A stretch of 64,000 bases of DNA, taken from positions 2,944 through 66,943 of the forward strand of contig CAMAUV010000008.1 in assembly GCA_945861415.1 (NCBI GenBank), read 5' to 3'. Of the stretch, positions 45,896 through 55,790 are shown in pieces; the first letter of the stretch is position 1, and each line of letters starts with the position of its first letter. The notes below the pieces were generated by a model that had not been told where the DNA came from, made no database searches, and saw only the letters and a program-made list of their open reading frames with translations. The DNA comes from Akkermansia muciniphila (lineage in GTDB: Bacteria; Verrucomicrobiota; Verrucomicrobiia; Verrucomicrobiales; V1-33). A program made the position numbers and the translations under genes.

Positions 45896-48673
45896 ATGAC
45901 CCGATCAATCCTCATCCTCAGCTTTACTGCGCTAACGGTTTCCGCAGACGACGCTTTTTTCAAAGAAAAGGTCCAGCCTCTCCTTGAACAAAACTGCGTT
46001 GGCTGCCACAATCCGGAAAAAGCTAAGGGCAAGTTGCTAATGCACACTGCCGAGGGCATCGGCAAAGGCGGCGACGGAGGTGCCGCCACCGTCGCCGGCA
46101 AACCGGACGAGTCCTCCATAATTCAGCGCATCAATCTTCCCAAAGACCACGATGACATCATGCCTCCTGAGGGCGAACCGCTCACTACCGGGGATATTGA
46201 CATTCTCAGGAAATGGGTCACCGACGGGGCCAAATGGCCGGAAGGAGTGACCCTGACCGCGGCAAAGAAATCACCCACCGAGGTCAAATCCGCGAAGGAA
46301 ACCACCACTAAACTACGCAGCTTGGCCGCCTACCCGGACACCATAACACTGGAAACGGCTAGGGACTTTCACTCATTTGTGGCCGTGGCCACCTTCGAGG
46401 ACGACGTCACCCAAGACGTGACCGCGAAAGCAAAGATATCTCTCGCCGATCCCGCGGTGGCAAAGCTCGACGGGTTCAAACTCCTGCCTCTCAAGGACGG
46501 CGTGACCACACTCACCGTGGAATGGCTGGACAAAAAAGTCGACATCCCGGTGACCGTCAAGGATGCCGCAAAAGACCGTCCCGTCAGTTACAGCATGGAC
46601 GTCATGCCGGTTTTCATGAGGGCCAACTGCAACACCGGCTCCTGCCACGGTTCGGCGCGCGGGCAGGACGGCTTCAATCTCAGTCTCTTCGGCTTTGATC
46701 CAGTAGGCGACCACTTCCGACTCACCAAAGAAATCGCCGGCCGCCGTCTCAATATGGCGCTGCCTGAAGAAAGTCTGCTGATAACAAAATCTATCAATTC
46801 CGTGCCCCACACCGGAGGCAAGAAAATGGAAAAGGACTCCCCGATGTATAAATCGCTGGTGGAGTGGATTACTAACGGTGCCGCCGAGGACAGTGCCACG
46901 GCTTCAAAAGTGGTCGGTGTGGACATTTTCCCGAAAAGTGCCGTGCTCGAAGGAGCAGACTCAAAACTCCGGTTCACAGTACGCGCCCGTTATGCCGACG
47001 GCCATGACCGAGACATCACTCCGCTCGTGGTCTTCTTTTCCAATAACGACCCCACCGCCAAGGCTTCTCCCGACGGCACCGTCACGGCAGCCGCTCGCGG
47101 CGAAGCCTTCGTCATGGCCCGTTTTGACGTCTTCACCGTTGGCAGCCCCGTGATCGTTATTCCCGATGGATTGAAATACACCAAACCGGAATTCCCGGCG
47201 AACAATTACATCGACGCCTTTGTAGCGGACAAACTCCACCGCCTGCGCATCCTGCCCAGCGAGCCATGTGATGATGAATCTTTCCTCCGCCGCGTGTCGC
47301 TGGACATTATTGGCACTCTGCCCACCGAAGAGGAATACACTAACTTCATGGCTGACGCCTCTGCGGACAAGCGCTCCAAACTCGTGGACGAACTGCTGAA
47401 TCGCAAAGAGTTCACCGAAATCTGGGTCATGAAGTGGGCCGAACTGCTTCAAATCAAAACCAACAATACCAATCAGGTTAGCTACAAGGCCACCCTTCTG
47501 TATTTCAACTGGCTCAAGGACCGCATCTCCCAGAATGTTCCGTTCAACAAGATCGTCCAGGAACTCCTCGCGGCTGACGGCGGAACCTTCACTAATCCCG
47601 CCACCAATTATTATCAGATTGAGCGGGATACCCTCAAGGTTTCGGAAAACGTCGCTCAGGTCTTTATGGGCATGCGCATGCAGTGCGCACAGTGCCACAA
47701 CCACCCGTTCGACCGCTGGACCATGAACGATTATTACGGCTTCGCCTCCTTCTTCAGTCAGATCGGGCGCAAACAGGCCGAAGACCCCCGCGAAACCGTC
47801 GTCTACAACAGCGGTGGCGGCGAAGTGAACCACATCGTCACCAAAGCTCCCCAAAAGCCCAAATTCCTTGGAGCCGCAGAGCCGGACACCGCAGGAAAAG
47901 ATCGACGCAAGATCCTCGTCGAGTGGCTTGCCAGTCCGCAAAATCCATACTTCGCGACAAATCTCTCCAACATCACATGGCAGCACTTTTTCGGTGTGGG
48001 CATCATTGAACCCGTAGATGACGTCCGCATTTCCAACCCCGCCAGCAACCGCGAGTTGCTCGACGAGTTGGGCAAAAAACTCACGGAATATAACTACGAC
48101 TTCAAACGCCTCGTCCGCGACATCTGCACCAGCCGCACCTATCAGCTCAGCAGCCGGGTGAATGAAAGCAACGAAGGCGACAAAAAGAACTTCGCCAAAG
48201 CCATCCTTCGCCGCCAGCGCGCAGAGGTCATGCTCGACAGTATCAGCAGTGTCACGGATACGCGGAACAAATTCCAAGGTCTGCCACTTGGAGCCCGCGC
48301 TGTACAGATAGCCGATGGCAATGTGAGCACTTACTTCCTGCGCACATTCGGTCGGGCCGAACGGGCCACGGTTTGCTCCTGCGAAGTGAAGATGGACCCA
48401 AACCTCGGCCAGGCGCTTCACCTGCTGAACGGTGATGTCACCCAAAACCGCATCAACGAAGGTCAGGTGATCAAAAAAATGCTCGATGCCAAAAAGACGC
48501 AGGAACAAGTCTTGGAATCCCTCTACATCCGCTGTCTCTCTCGCAAACCCACCCACGGGGAAATCAAAGCGACGCTTGAAGCTATCGCCGTCACTCCGGC
48601 GGAGACCCAAGCGATTTTTGAAGACACCTTCTGGGCTCTGCTGAACTCCAAGGAGTTCATGTTCAATCACTAG
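45896..48673 (+). CDS. Planctomycete-type cytochrome c / Ig-like / DUF1549-DUF1553 (PSCyt2-PSD1) protein
   Basis: Signal peptide; CVGCH...MPP...W-GAKW cytochrome domain; CNTGSCHG; FLRRVSLD; CAQCHNHPFD; GIIEPVDD; WALLNSKEFMFNH. Confidence 0.92.
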   Translation: MTRSILILSFTALTVSADDAFFKEKVQPLLEQNCVGCHNPEKAKGKLLMHTAEGIGKGGDGGAATVAGKPDESSIIQRINLPKDHDDIMPPEGEPLTTGDIDILRKWVTDGAKWPEGVTLTAAKKSPTEVKSAKETTTKLRSLAAYPDTITLETARDFHSFVAVATFEDDVTQDVTAKAKISLADPAVAKLDGFKLLPLKDGVTTLTVEWLDKKVDIPVTVKDAAKDRPVSYSMDVMPVFMRANCNTGSCHGSARGQDGFNLSLFGFDPVGDHFRLTKEIAGRRLNMALPEESLLITKSINSVPHTGGKKMEKDSPMYKSLVEWITNGAAEDSATASKVVGVDIFPKSAVLEGADSKLRFTVRARYADGHDRDITPLVVFFSNNDPTAKASPDGTVTAAARGEAFVMARFDVFTVGSPVIVIPDGLKYTKPEFPANNYIDAFVADKLHRLRILPSEPCDDESFLRRVSLDIIGTLPTEEEYTNFMADASADKRSKLVDELLNRKEFTEIWVMKWAELLQIKTNNTNQVSYKATLLYFNWLKDRISQNVPFNKIVQELLAADGGTFTNPATNYYQIERDTLKVSENVAQVFMGMRMQCAQCHNHPFDRWTMNDYYGFASFFSQIGRKQAEDPRETVVYNSGGGEVNHIVTKAPQKPKFLGAAEPDTAGKDRRKILVEWLASPQNPYFATNLSNITWQHFFGVGIIEPVDDVRISNPASNRELLDELGKKLTEYNYDFKRLVRDICTSRTYQLSSRVNESNEGDKKNFAKAILRRQRAEVMLDSISSVTDTRNKFQGLPLGARAVQIADGNVSTYFLRTFGRAERATVCSCEVKMDPNLGQALHLLNGDVTQNRINEGQVIKKMLDAKKTQEQVLESLYIRCLSRKPTHGEIKATLEAIAVTPAETQAIFEDTFWALLNSKEFMFNH

Positions 48674-48755
48674 ACATTGTCTCTACACAAAACCGCTCGG
48701 CGGTTCGACAAAGCAGCACGGCAAAAGAGAGTGTAGATGCGCCACCCCAAACAAA

Positions 48756-49361
48756 CTACGGCGCGTTATCCGGAACCCCGCCGCTATTGTCGGGCTGAGG
48801 AACAGGCTGAACATCTTCCGGAACGGAATTTTCTTGCGGTAGGGCTACGGGCGGAGGGGCGTCTCCCGCGCCCGGTGCCAGCGGAGGATGGAGAGTGGGC
48901 CGAGTGAGCCTGCTCCTTCTTTTGTTGAGCCCATAAGTCAGAATCCCGCTGCCGACCTTGCTTACGGAGCCGATCAACCTGCGCGTGTGCTCTTTACGCT
49001 GCCCAGCGGTGAATCCTTTGAGAAATTTTCCCCGCTCGACAACCAGGACTTGATGCTCTGACCTTATGGTATTAAGAGCTTCGTCTGTTTGCTGATCCGC
49101 CGGCAACTTGAGGAATGCATCCCAGCGCTGCGCCAGTTCGTCCGCCTTTCCTGTAAATGTCTGGATTTCCTCAGATGAAATCATAGCCACCTCTTGGGCG
49201 GGCGCCACTGTTCCCGCAAGAATGGCGGTCCGGCGGCCTGAATCCGGCACCATGCGCTTCGAATCTGGCCCCTGCGGTGTTACCGGCGAAGCGGGCTTCT
49301 CTTCCGCTTTATCGCAGGCAGAGAAAAGGATCACGGGCAGAAGGAGGATGGCGAATTTCAT
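48756..49361 (-). CDS. Hypothetical lipoprotein
   Basis: MKFAILLLPVILFSAC lipobox; helical middle region; Pro-rich C-terminus. Confidence 0.7.
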   Translation of the reverse strand: MKFAILLLPVILFSACDKAEEKPASPVTPQGPDSKRMVPDSGRRTAILAGTVAPAQEVAMISSEEIQTFTGKADELAQRWDAFLKLPADQQTDEALNTIRSEHQVLVVERGKFLKGFTAGQRKEHTRRLIGSVSKVGSGILTYGLNKRRSRLTRPTLHPPLAPGAGDAPPPVALPQENSVPEDVQPVPQPDNSGGVPDNAP

Positions 49362-49439
49362 GGAGTTTCTTCTAGCCAGTTTAGCCGTAGGTTCAAGCCA
49401 GCCGTTACCCAAAATGTTGCCGTTAACGAGGAAAATCCT

Positions 49440-51527
49440 TTGTCGCCCGCCTCCAAGCTGCTATATTACCTGATAGACTCGCCAACTTTCGAAATTCCCG
49501 CACCCACCGTGCCCAGCCAAAACTCCGAGGACACCACTTCCGTGCTGCCAGCCCTTGCTGTCGGCTCCCCCATTCAGCTCCTGCGCACTCTGGTCGTGGA
49601 CCCCAACCCGGTCTCGGTTAGCGCCATTCTTTCGCTCCTCGCCGGACGCGGCCATGACTTCGCTCACTGTTCCTCCTTCGCCGCCGCCGCGGAAGTGATC
49701 AACACAGCTATGCCGGATTGTGTCATGGTCCGGCTCAATCACCAGACCGCTCCGGATGCGGCGGAACTTGTGCGCTTCGTCCGTTCCCGCAGCCTGCCGT
49801 GCCTTATCACCGCCGTAACCGATGGCGACGAAAACCCTGCCCGCGTAGAGGCGTGGGTAAAAAGGGGATTTGATGAATTCATGATCGACCCCTCGCGCTC
49901 CGGGGAAGATGCCGCCATGGCCCGCCTAGCCATCGCAGAGCACTCCATCCTGCGTCGGCGGGATCGCGAGCACGTGGACATGGAAGCAGTGCGCCACTCG
50001 CGCCGCTACGAAGAAATCTTCCACCGATCGCCGGAAGGCAATCTTGTCATTTCGGCACGGGACGGCCTGATCCTTGAGGCCAACGTGGCCGCGGAGACAA
50101 CGCTCGGTTTTACCCGCGGCGAAATGCTCCAGCGCTATCTCTCGCTGGTGCTGCCGGACCTTTTTGACCGCGACGACTATGATCCCCGGGTGCTCTCGGT
50201 GAGCGATACCATGCACATCGCCGAGGTGCGCCACCGTCGACCGGACTCCACTTGTGTGTGGATGGATGTGCTGGTCACCCGCATTCCGTGGACCCCCGGG
50301 CAAGCGCTCCTACTAAAATTTCACGACGTCTCCGCCATCAAAGGACGTGAGACCCGTCGGCTACACGAAGCTCGCATGGACACCGCCTCCCGAGTCATGG
50401 CCGGAGCGGCGCGGGAACTGGGCGACTCACTTACCGCCTTGCGCGGCCACCTTGAATTGCTCACTCGCCAACCCGCTCCGCGTCAAGAAACCCGCGATCT
50501 TTTGCTCAGCGCGCAGCAATCCTGCGACGCCGCCGAAGGCCTCGCACGAAAGCTCTCGCGCCTCGCCCGCGCTCCCCACGGCAGCGACCTGCGCAAGCGG
50601 CCAATGCATTTGAAACAGTCACTTGAAAAGGCCGTTCCTTTTGCCCTGCTTCAGACGCAGAGCCGTCCGGTGATTCACCTTCCGGAAGACCTCTGGGTGG
50701 TTGAGGCGGACGAAGCCGCGATCGAAGATCTCGCTACTCGGATTGCTCAAAACGCCGCGGATGCCATGGCGGCTAATGGCACGCTCTTCGTGGATGCCCA
50801 AAATGTGTATGAACCCACCGCCGTGGTCGGCGTAGCGTCCAGCGTCCTGCTCCGCTTCCGGGACCAGGGGCACGGCATTCCGGCAGAGCATCTCGGGCGT
50901 GTGTTTGATCCGTGGTTTTCCACCCGTCAGGGTCGTGAAGGCATGGGGTTGACCCTGGCAGCCGCCATCGTGCGCGCCCACGGCGGGCACATTGAAATCG
51001 ACAGCAACGGCCAGGGCACCACGGTGAGTATCTGGCTGCCGGTCAACCCCGCGCTTGTCTCTGGCGCGCCCGGCCGGATCGCCGCTCTCCCGGACACTGC
51101 AGCTCTGCCCAAAATGCCCTCCCGCCAGAAGCAACGCCGACCGCGCGTGCTCTTTATGGACGACGAGGCTCCCATCCGGAATGTGTTGAAGAAAATCCTC
51201 ACGGCCCACGGATACGACGTCCACTGCACTGCGGACGGCTTAGAGGCTATTGATGCGTGGAGGCGCGCCCGGGACTTCGGCTCACCCTTTGATCTTATCC
51301 TTGTAGACCTCGACGTCCGAGGCGGCATGGGCGGTCAGGAAACCGTGGCCCGGTTGCGCGGGGAATTCCCAGGGCTCAGGGCGCTCCTTACTACCGGCTA
51401 CATCGACGACCAGCTCATGGAAACGTATCGCGACCATGGCTTTCTTGGAGTCATACCCAAACCCTTCCATCTGGACAAACTCGTCCAAGCAATCGGCCGG
51501 ATCGTGGGCATCAAAGTGGAGGATTGA
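49440..51527 (+). CDS. Hybrid REC-PAS-HisKA-HATPase-REC protein with degenerate H-box
   Basis: Degenerate N-terminal receiver; PAS (ILEANVAAETTLGF); NAADAM, DQGHGIP, VFDPWFST, GMGL and HGGHI; intact C-terminal receiver (MDDE, D, T, KPF); start uncertain. Confidence 0.9.
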   Translation: MSPASKLLYYLIDSPTFEIPAPTVPSQNSEDTTSVLPALAVGSPIQLLRTLVVDPNPVSVSAILSLLAGRGHDFAHCSSFAAAAEVINTAMPDCVMVRLNHQTAPDAAELVRFVRSRSLPCLITAVTDGDENPARVEAWVKRGFDEFMIDPSRSGEDAAMARLAIAEHSILRRRDREHVDMEAVRHSRRYEEIFHRSPEGNLVISARDGLILEANVAAETTLGFTRGEMLQRYLSLVLPDLFDRDDYDPRVLSVSDTMHIAEVRHRRPDSTCVWMDVLVTRIPWTPGQALLLKFHDVSAIKGRETRRLHEARMDTASRVMAGAARELGDSLTALRGHLELLTRQPAPRQETRDLLLSAQQSCDAAEGLARKLSRLARAPHGSDLRKRPMHLKQSLEKAVPFALLQTQSRPVIHLPEDLWVVEADEAAIEDLATRIAQNAADAMAANGTLFVDAQNVYEPTAVVGVASSVLLRFRDQGHGIPAEHLGRVFDPWFSTRQGREGMGLTLAAAIVRAHGGHIEIDSNGQGTTVSIWLPVNPALVSGAPGRIAALPDTAALPKMPSRQKQRRPRVLFMDDEAPIRNVLKKILTAHGYDVHCTADGLEAIDAWRRARDFGSPFDLILVDLDVRGGMGGQETVARLRGEFPGLRALLTTGYIDDQLMETYRDHGFLGVIPKPFHLDKLVQAIGRIVGIKVED

Positions 51528-51539
51528 TGCCGCAACGCG

Positions 51540-52310
51540 CTACTCGGTGAAGGCGGTATCCGCCTTCTCGAGGTTCATTTTTTTGATCCATATGTTGCGG
51601 TATCGCACATCATGCCCTTCACACTGAAGCTTCAAGCCTCCGGGCGTGTCGGTGATGCCTTTGCCGCCATCGTTGCCGCCATCAATCCCGGAGTTGGCCC
51701 CCCCGTGCACCTGATTGATGGAGACATTCTCATGAACCTTCTTGCCGTTGAAATACATGCTCACCATCGCTTTCTCCACCAACCTGCCGTCCTTGAAACG
51801 CGCCGCCCGGAAGAGGATGTCGTATGAATTCCACTTCCCGGCCCCGTTGTAGGCCTCGTAAGGAGATTCGGATTCATTGATGACCGCGCCCATTCCGTGA
51901 TTTGTTTTGTCTCCGTCGAGGATTTGAATCTCGTAGCGGTTTTGGAGGTAAACGCCGCTGTTGCCGCCGGGCTTGGCAACAAGGAACTCCACATGCAGCC
52001 GGAAGTCACGATACTCCTCCTTCGTCACGATGTCCGCGGACCCGTACGCGCCACCGGCCGCTGCCGGGTCATCCGATTGGACCGCGGTGCCCTTGTCCAC
52101 TGTATCTTCAACCACCTTCCACTTAATCGGCAGTGAGGAACTGAAGCGCGGCCCCTGCCAATATGTCCATTTTGCGTCCAGCATCTCACGGGTTCCATCA
52201 AGAACAACCTCTGCCCCCTCTATCGGCTTAGCGCCCACACCGACTCCTGCGCGGGTGTTGATTTGGCTGGCTAGAACGAAAAGGGAGAAAATGGTTGCTG
52301 ACAGTTTCAT
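51540..52310 (-). CDS. DUF1080 (3-keto-disaccharide hydrolase family) secreted protein
   Basis: Signal peptide; DFRLHVEF, GNSGVY, YEIQILD, WNSYDI, LQCEGH and YRNIWIK. Confidence 0.9.
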   Translation of the reverse strand: MKLSATIFSLFVLASQINTRAGVGVGAKPIEGAEVVLDGTREMLDAKWTYWQGPRFSSSLPIKWKVVEDTVDKGTAVQSDDPAAAGGAYGSADIVTKEEYRDFRLHVEFLVAKPGGNSGVYLQNRYEIQILDGDKTNHGMGAVINESESPYEAYNGAGKWNSYDILFRAARFKDGRLVEKAMVSMYFNGKKVHENVSINQVHGGANSGIDGGNDGGKGITDTPGGLKLQCEGHDVRYRNIWIKKMNLEKADTAFTE

Positions 52311-52494
52311 GCTGCGCTCTCTACGGAAACTGTCCGCGCACCTTTCAGCCTGAAGCGGATAACTGGCCTTCCCTAGTCCAAATTTCCAGTTGGACGGATT
52401 CTTACGGGACCGCTACAGTATTGATGTTCTTCTGTGGGTTAAGTTAATGCAACCCAACACCACACAAGATTATAAACCCGCTAACGACGAGCTC

Positions 52495-53664
52495 ATGACC
52501 CTTCCCCGCCCCATTTTATTCAGCTCTCTGGCCTGCACGACAGCCCCTGCTCCGGCCTTCACGGCGATACCGCAGCAATACGAATACGCCTTCCAGCTAT
52601 ACGAAGAGGACGGCGAACGCATCAACATCGAGAGCCATTACTTTCGCGGCTGGCTGAGCCTTGATGACGAGACCCAGTTCCGCTTTCAGTGGCTGAGCGA
52701 CGCCATCTCCGGCTCATCCCCTACAGGAGCCCAACCAGGCGGCACCCAACCGTTCTATGCCGAACTGGATGACCTCCGGATCGGGATCATGGGAGCGGTT
52801 TCCCGCAAATTCGGCCGCCATACTGTCGAACTCGAAATCTCCCGCAGCAGCGAGGAGGATTACCTTTCACGGGGCTACGCGCTCAAAGATGTGTGGGAGT
52901 TAAACGAACAGAATACGACTCTCACCTTTGGACTGAACTACCTTGATGACACCGTCACGGTGCCGGAGTTGGGCTTCAGGAATAAGAATACCTACGATGT
53001 GTTCGCCGGCATCAGCCAGATCATTGACAAAAACACCTTCGTGACGGCCAACTTCACCCTCGGATATGCGGACGACTATCTCAACGATCCCTACAAAGTG
53101 GTGCAGCGATCGGGTTTCGTGCAGGTGCCGGATGGCGGCGGCGGTTTCATCTCCGTTCCGGTGACGGATATTCACCGCGAAAACCGTCCGGACAGCCGCC
53201 TGCGTCAAGTGTTCCAGCTTGAAGGCCGCCACTATTTCGAGCGCGTCAACGGAGCCCTCGATGCCATCTACCGCTACAGCCACGACGACTTCGGAGTCAA
53301 CTCACATACTTTCCAGGTGGAGTGGCGGCAGGCTATTGGAGGGCATCTCTACATCACACCGTTCTTCCGTTATTACCGCCAGAGCGAGGCGGATTTCTTT
53401 GTGCAAACTCTGGACGACGTGCCCATTGATGAGCCTTACGGAGACCCATCCGGTCAGGGGCCGCACTACTCGGCGGATTACCGGCTCTCGGCCATGGATG
53501 CCACCAGCATCGGATTGAAACTGCGCTGGCAAATCAACGAGACTTTCTCCCTCAACGCCGCCTACGAGCTCTACGATATGGAAGGCCGCGGATCCGATGC
53601 CGCGCCCTCGCAGGCCTACCCGGACGCCGACATGTGGACTATCATCGTGACAGCCGAATTCTAA
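52495..53664 (+). CDS. DUF3570 family outer-membrane beta-barrel protein
   Basis: DAISGSSPTG, SEEDYLS, YLNDPYK, ENRPDSR, YRYSHDDFGVNSHT, RYYRQSEADFF and SADYRLS; terminal Phe; adjacent to apbE and DUF4266. Confidence 0.85.
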   Translation: MTLPRPILFSSLACTTAPAPAFTAIPQQYEYAFQLYEEDGERINIESHYFRGWLSLDDETQFRFQWLSDAISGSSPTGAQPGGTQPFYAELDDLRIGIMGAVSRKFGRHTVELEISRSSEEDYLSRGYALKDVWELNEQNTTLTFGLNYLDDTVTVPELGFRNKNTYDVFAGISQIIDKNTFVTANFTLGYADDYLNDPYKVVQRSGFVQVPDGGGGFISVPVTDIHRENRPDSRLRQVFQLEGRHYFERVNGALDAIYRYSHDDFGVNSHTFQVEWRQAIGGHLYITPFFRYYRQSEADFFVQTLDDVPIDEPYGDPSGQGPHYSADYRLSAMDATSIGLKLRWQINETFSLNAAYELYDMEGRGSDAAPSQAYPDADMWTIIVTAEF

Positions 53665-53671
53665 CTCCTCC

Positions 53672-54643
53672 ATGCAAGCAGTCCCTCCAGAACCGGATCT
53701 CGCTCCCGACCCCAGAGGCGTGCGCCGGTTGGCCTTTCGCGCCCTAGGCACGCCGTGCAATATTCAGTTCCGGCTGACGGAAGAAAAGGCCGCCCTGCTC
53801 TTCGCGGCCGAGGCCATCAACTGGCTCAGCGACTTCGACGCGAAGTGCTCCCGTTTCCGCCCGAATTCGATGGTCTCGCGAATCAATGAAGCGGCTGGCA
53901 GGGAATGGGTGGCGGTGGATGCGGAAATGGAGCGCCTGCTCGACATAGCGGACGGTCTCTATTTTCTGACCACCGGGCTCATCGATGCGACAATGCTTCC
54001 ACTGCTCCATGTCTGGGACTGGAAGAGAGTCCATACCCGTCTCCCCGCCGCGGAGGAGGTCAAAAACGCGCACGCCCTGACCGGCTGGAAAAAGGTGCAG
54101 CGCCGCAAAGGCGCGGTGTTTCTGCCAACCGCCGGCATGGGACTCGACTTCGGCGGATTCGGCAAAGAGTTTGCCGTGGACCAACTGGCGGCGATTGCGA
54201 AGCGCTTCGGGATTCGCGATGCCCTCATTGATCTCGGACGCGACATCATGGCGCTGGGCGGCAATGGCGTGCATCCTTTCTGGCATGTGGGCGTTGAGGA
54301 CGGGATCCATCCGGGCCAGTGCCGCGGCGGACTGGGCGTCACCAACCGTGCAGTGGCCTCTTCCGGTGACTACGCCAGACATTTCACTCACAACGGCGTG
54401 CGTTACGGGCACATCCTCGACCCGCGCACCGGTTGGCCCGTCGGTAATGAAATGCGCGCCGTGACCGTCATCGCGCCGTCCTGCCTTGAGGCTGGCGTTT
54501 TGAGCACCTCTATCTTCATCCTCGGCGGCAAAGAAGGCATGTTACTCGCCGGACGTTCGCCCCACATAGCTGTGAGCGCCCAGACAGATCGCGGCGTTCT
54601 TGACACCCGTGAGTTTGTCCGCTGGCAGGTCCGAGCAGCCTGA
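53672..54643 (+). CDS. apbE: FAD:protein FMN transferase (ApbE family), no evident signal peptide
   Basis: FRALGT, SRFRPNS, LDFGGFGKE, ASSGDY and GHILDPRTGWP. Confidence 0.93.
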   Translation: MQAVPPEPDLAPDPRGVRRLAFRALGTPCNIQFRLTEEKAALLFAAEAINWLSDFDAKCSRFRPNSMVSRINEAAGREWVAVDAEMERLLDIADGLYFLTTGLIDATMLPLLHVWDWKRVHTRLPAAEEVKNAHALTGWKKVQRRKGAVFLPTAGMGLDFGGFGKEFAVDQLAAIAKRFGIRDALIDLGRDIMALGGNGVHPFWHVGVEDGIHPGQCRGGLGVTNRAVASSGDYARHFTHNGVRYGHILDPRTGWPVGNEMRAVTVIAPSCLEAGVLSTSIFILGGKEGMLLAGRSPHIAVSAQTDRGVLDTREFVRWQVRAA

Positions 54644-54673
54644 TTTTCTCAATCTACAATCACCTAACAATTT

Positions 54674-54901
54674 ATGAAAACGATCCTTTCCAGCTCCGCC
54701 CTCGTTGCCGCTCTCGCGCTCTCCAGTTGCTCCCCCACCCTCGTTAGAGTGAAGCAGTTTGAACGCGGGCGCCTCGCCAAACCCGTGATGAGTAGTGAGC
54801 ACTTTGGCCTTCATATGGCCATGACCGAACACGCCTACTTCTCCCGCGAAGCGAGTTCCGGCGGCGGCGGCGTGGGCGGCGGTGGCTGCGGCTGCAATTA
54901 A
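54674..54901 (+). CDS. DUF4266 family small lipoprotein
   Basis: Lipobox LSSC; VKQFERGRLA...SREASSGGGGVGGGGCGCN. Confidence 0.9.
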   Translation: MKTILSSSALVAALALSSCSPTLVRVKQFERGRLAKPVMSSEHFGLHMAMTEHAYFSREASSGGGGVGGGGCGCN

Positions 54902-55790
54902 AACTTTTCCCCAGCAAAGACCGGACTCGTTCCATGACCACACCCGTTCTCACCGGGCAGTGCGCTCGTGAGCACCGCCACGCTCTTCCTTCCCCCGCCA
55001 ACTCCCTGATCCTTCTCCTTCAACGCTCTCCCCTCGTGAAAATCTTGATGCCGGAACCCCGCATCACCAGCTCCAGTGGATTCCCCGAAGCGATGAGGTC
55101 CGCGGTGACCGCCGTGGCGAGGCTGGGCGCATTTGATTCCGTTCCGGGCGTGACTACCGTTCTTCAGATCGCTCCGGCCCCTCGGTAAAACCCTCTGGCG
55201 ATGCCATGAGAAACGAAGCAGGATTTGTCTTAGGCACACGGCCACTGGTCTTCGACCTCGCGCCGCAACTCTTCATCCTTCCGCGCAGCGGCCCGGGCTA
55301 AGCCAACCGCATTCGCCACCACTCCATTCAAGCAACTGACAATCTCGTGCTCGCAAGCCGATGGAAAAGCTCAATGGCAGCACCGCACCCCCCTGAAACG
55401 ATACTATTCAGCTAATACCAGCCCCGGCTTCTGGTCACCGTTACTTTGGGCTGCAAGGGAGCCTCGTGCCCTGATTCGTCACGACCACCGCCTGAAAACC
55501 AGAGCCGGAAGGGTGCCGGCATACCCGCCGCGGCTTAGCATCCGTCGGTCGCCGGATCGAGCCGCGAAGAACGAAGCCCTATCTGTGCATTCTAGACCTC
55601 TCTTCCTAAGAATCGTTACTCTGCCACGCAGTCGGTTCTTTAAACTACGGAAATGGCGGGAATTTCATAAAATTAGCAGACCTGAAAAAGACCGCGTATT
55701 TCCCAATAAATAATATTGACGACACCGGCGGGATAATCCTAGATGTCATTATTGGCAAATTAAAATACTCCAAAAAAGCACACTCAATCC

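Noticed and set aside
46961-48670. 569-aa minus-strand ORF
   Set aside because: Antisense shadow of the DUF1549/1553 gene; no motifs, and typical of GC-rich codon bias
54858-54895. GGC-rich run
   Set aside because: Encodes the conserved Gly-rich end of DUF4266; not a microsatellite feature
40511-55721. Shared TATTGACG upstream of the pilin (40514) and surface protein (55714) genes
   Set aside because: Adequately explained as sigma70 -35 elements in AT-rich promoters; too short to claim a common regulator
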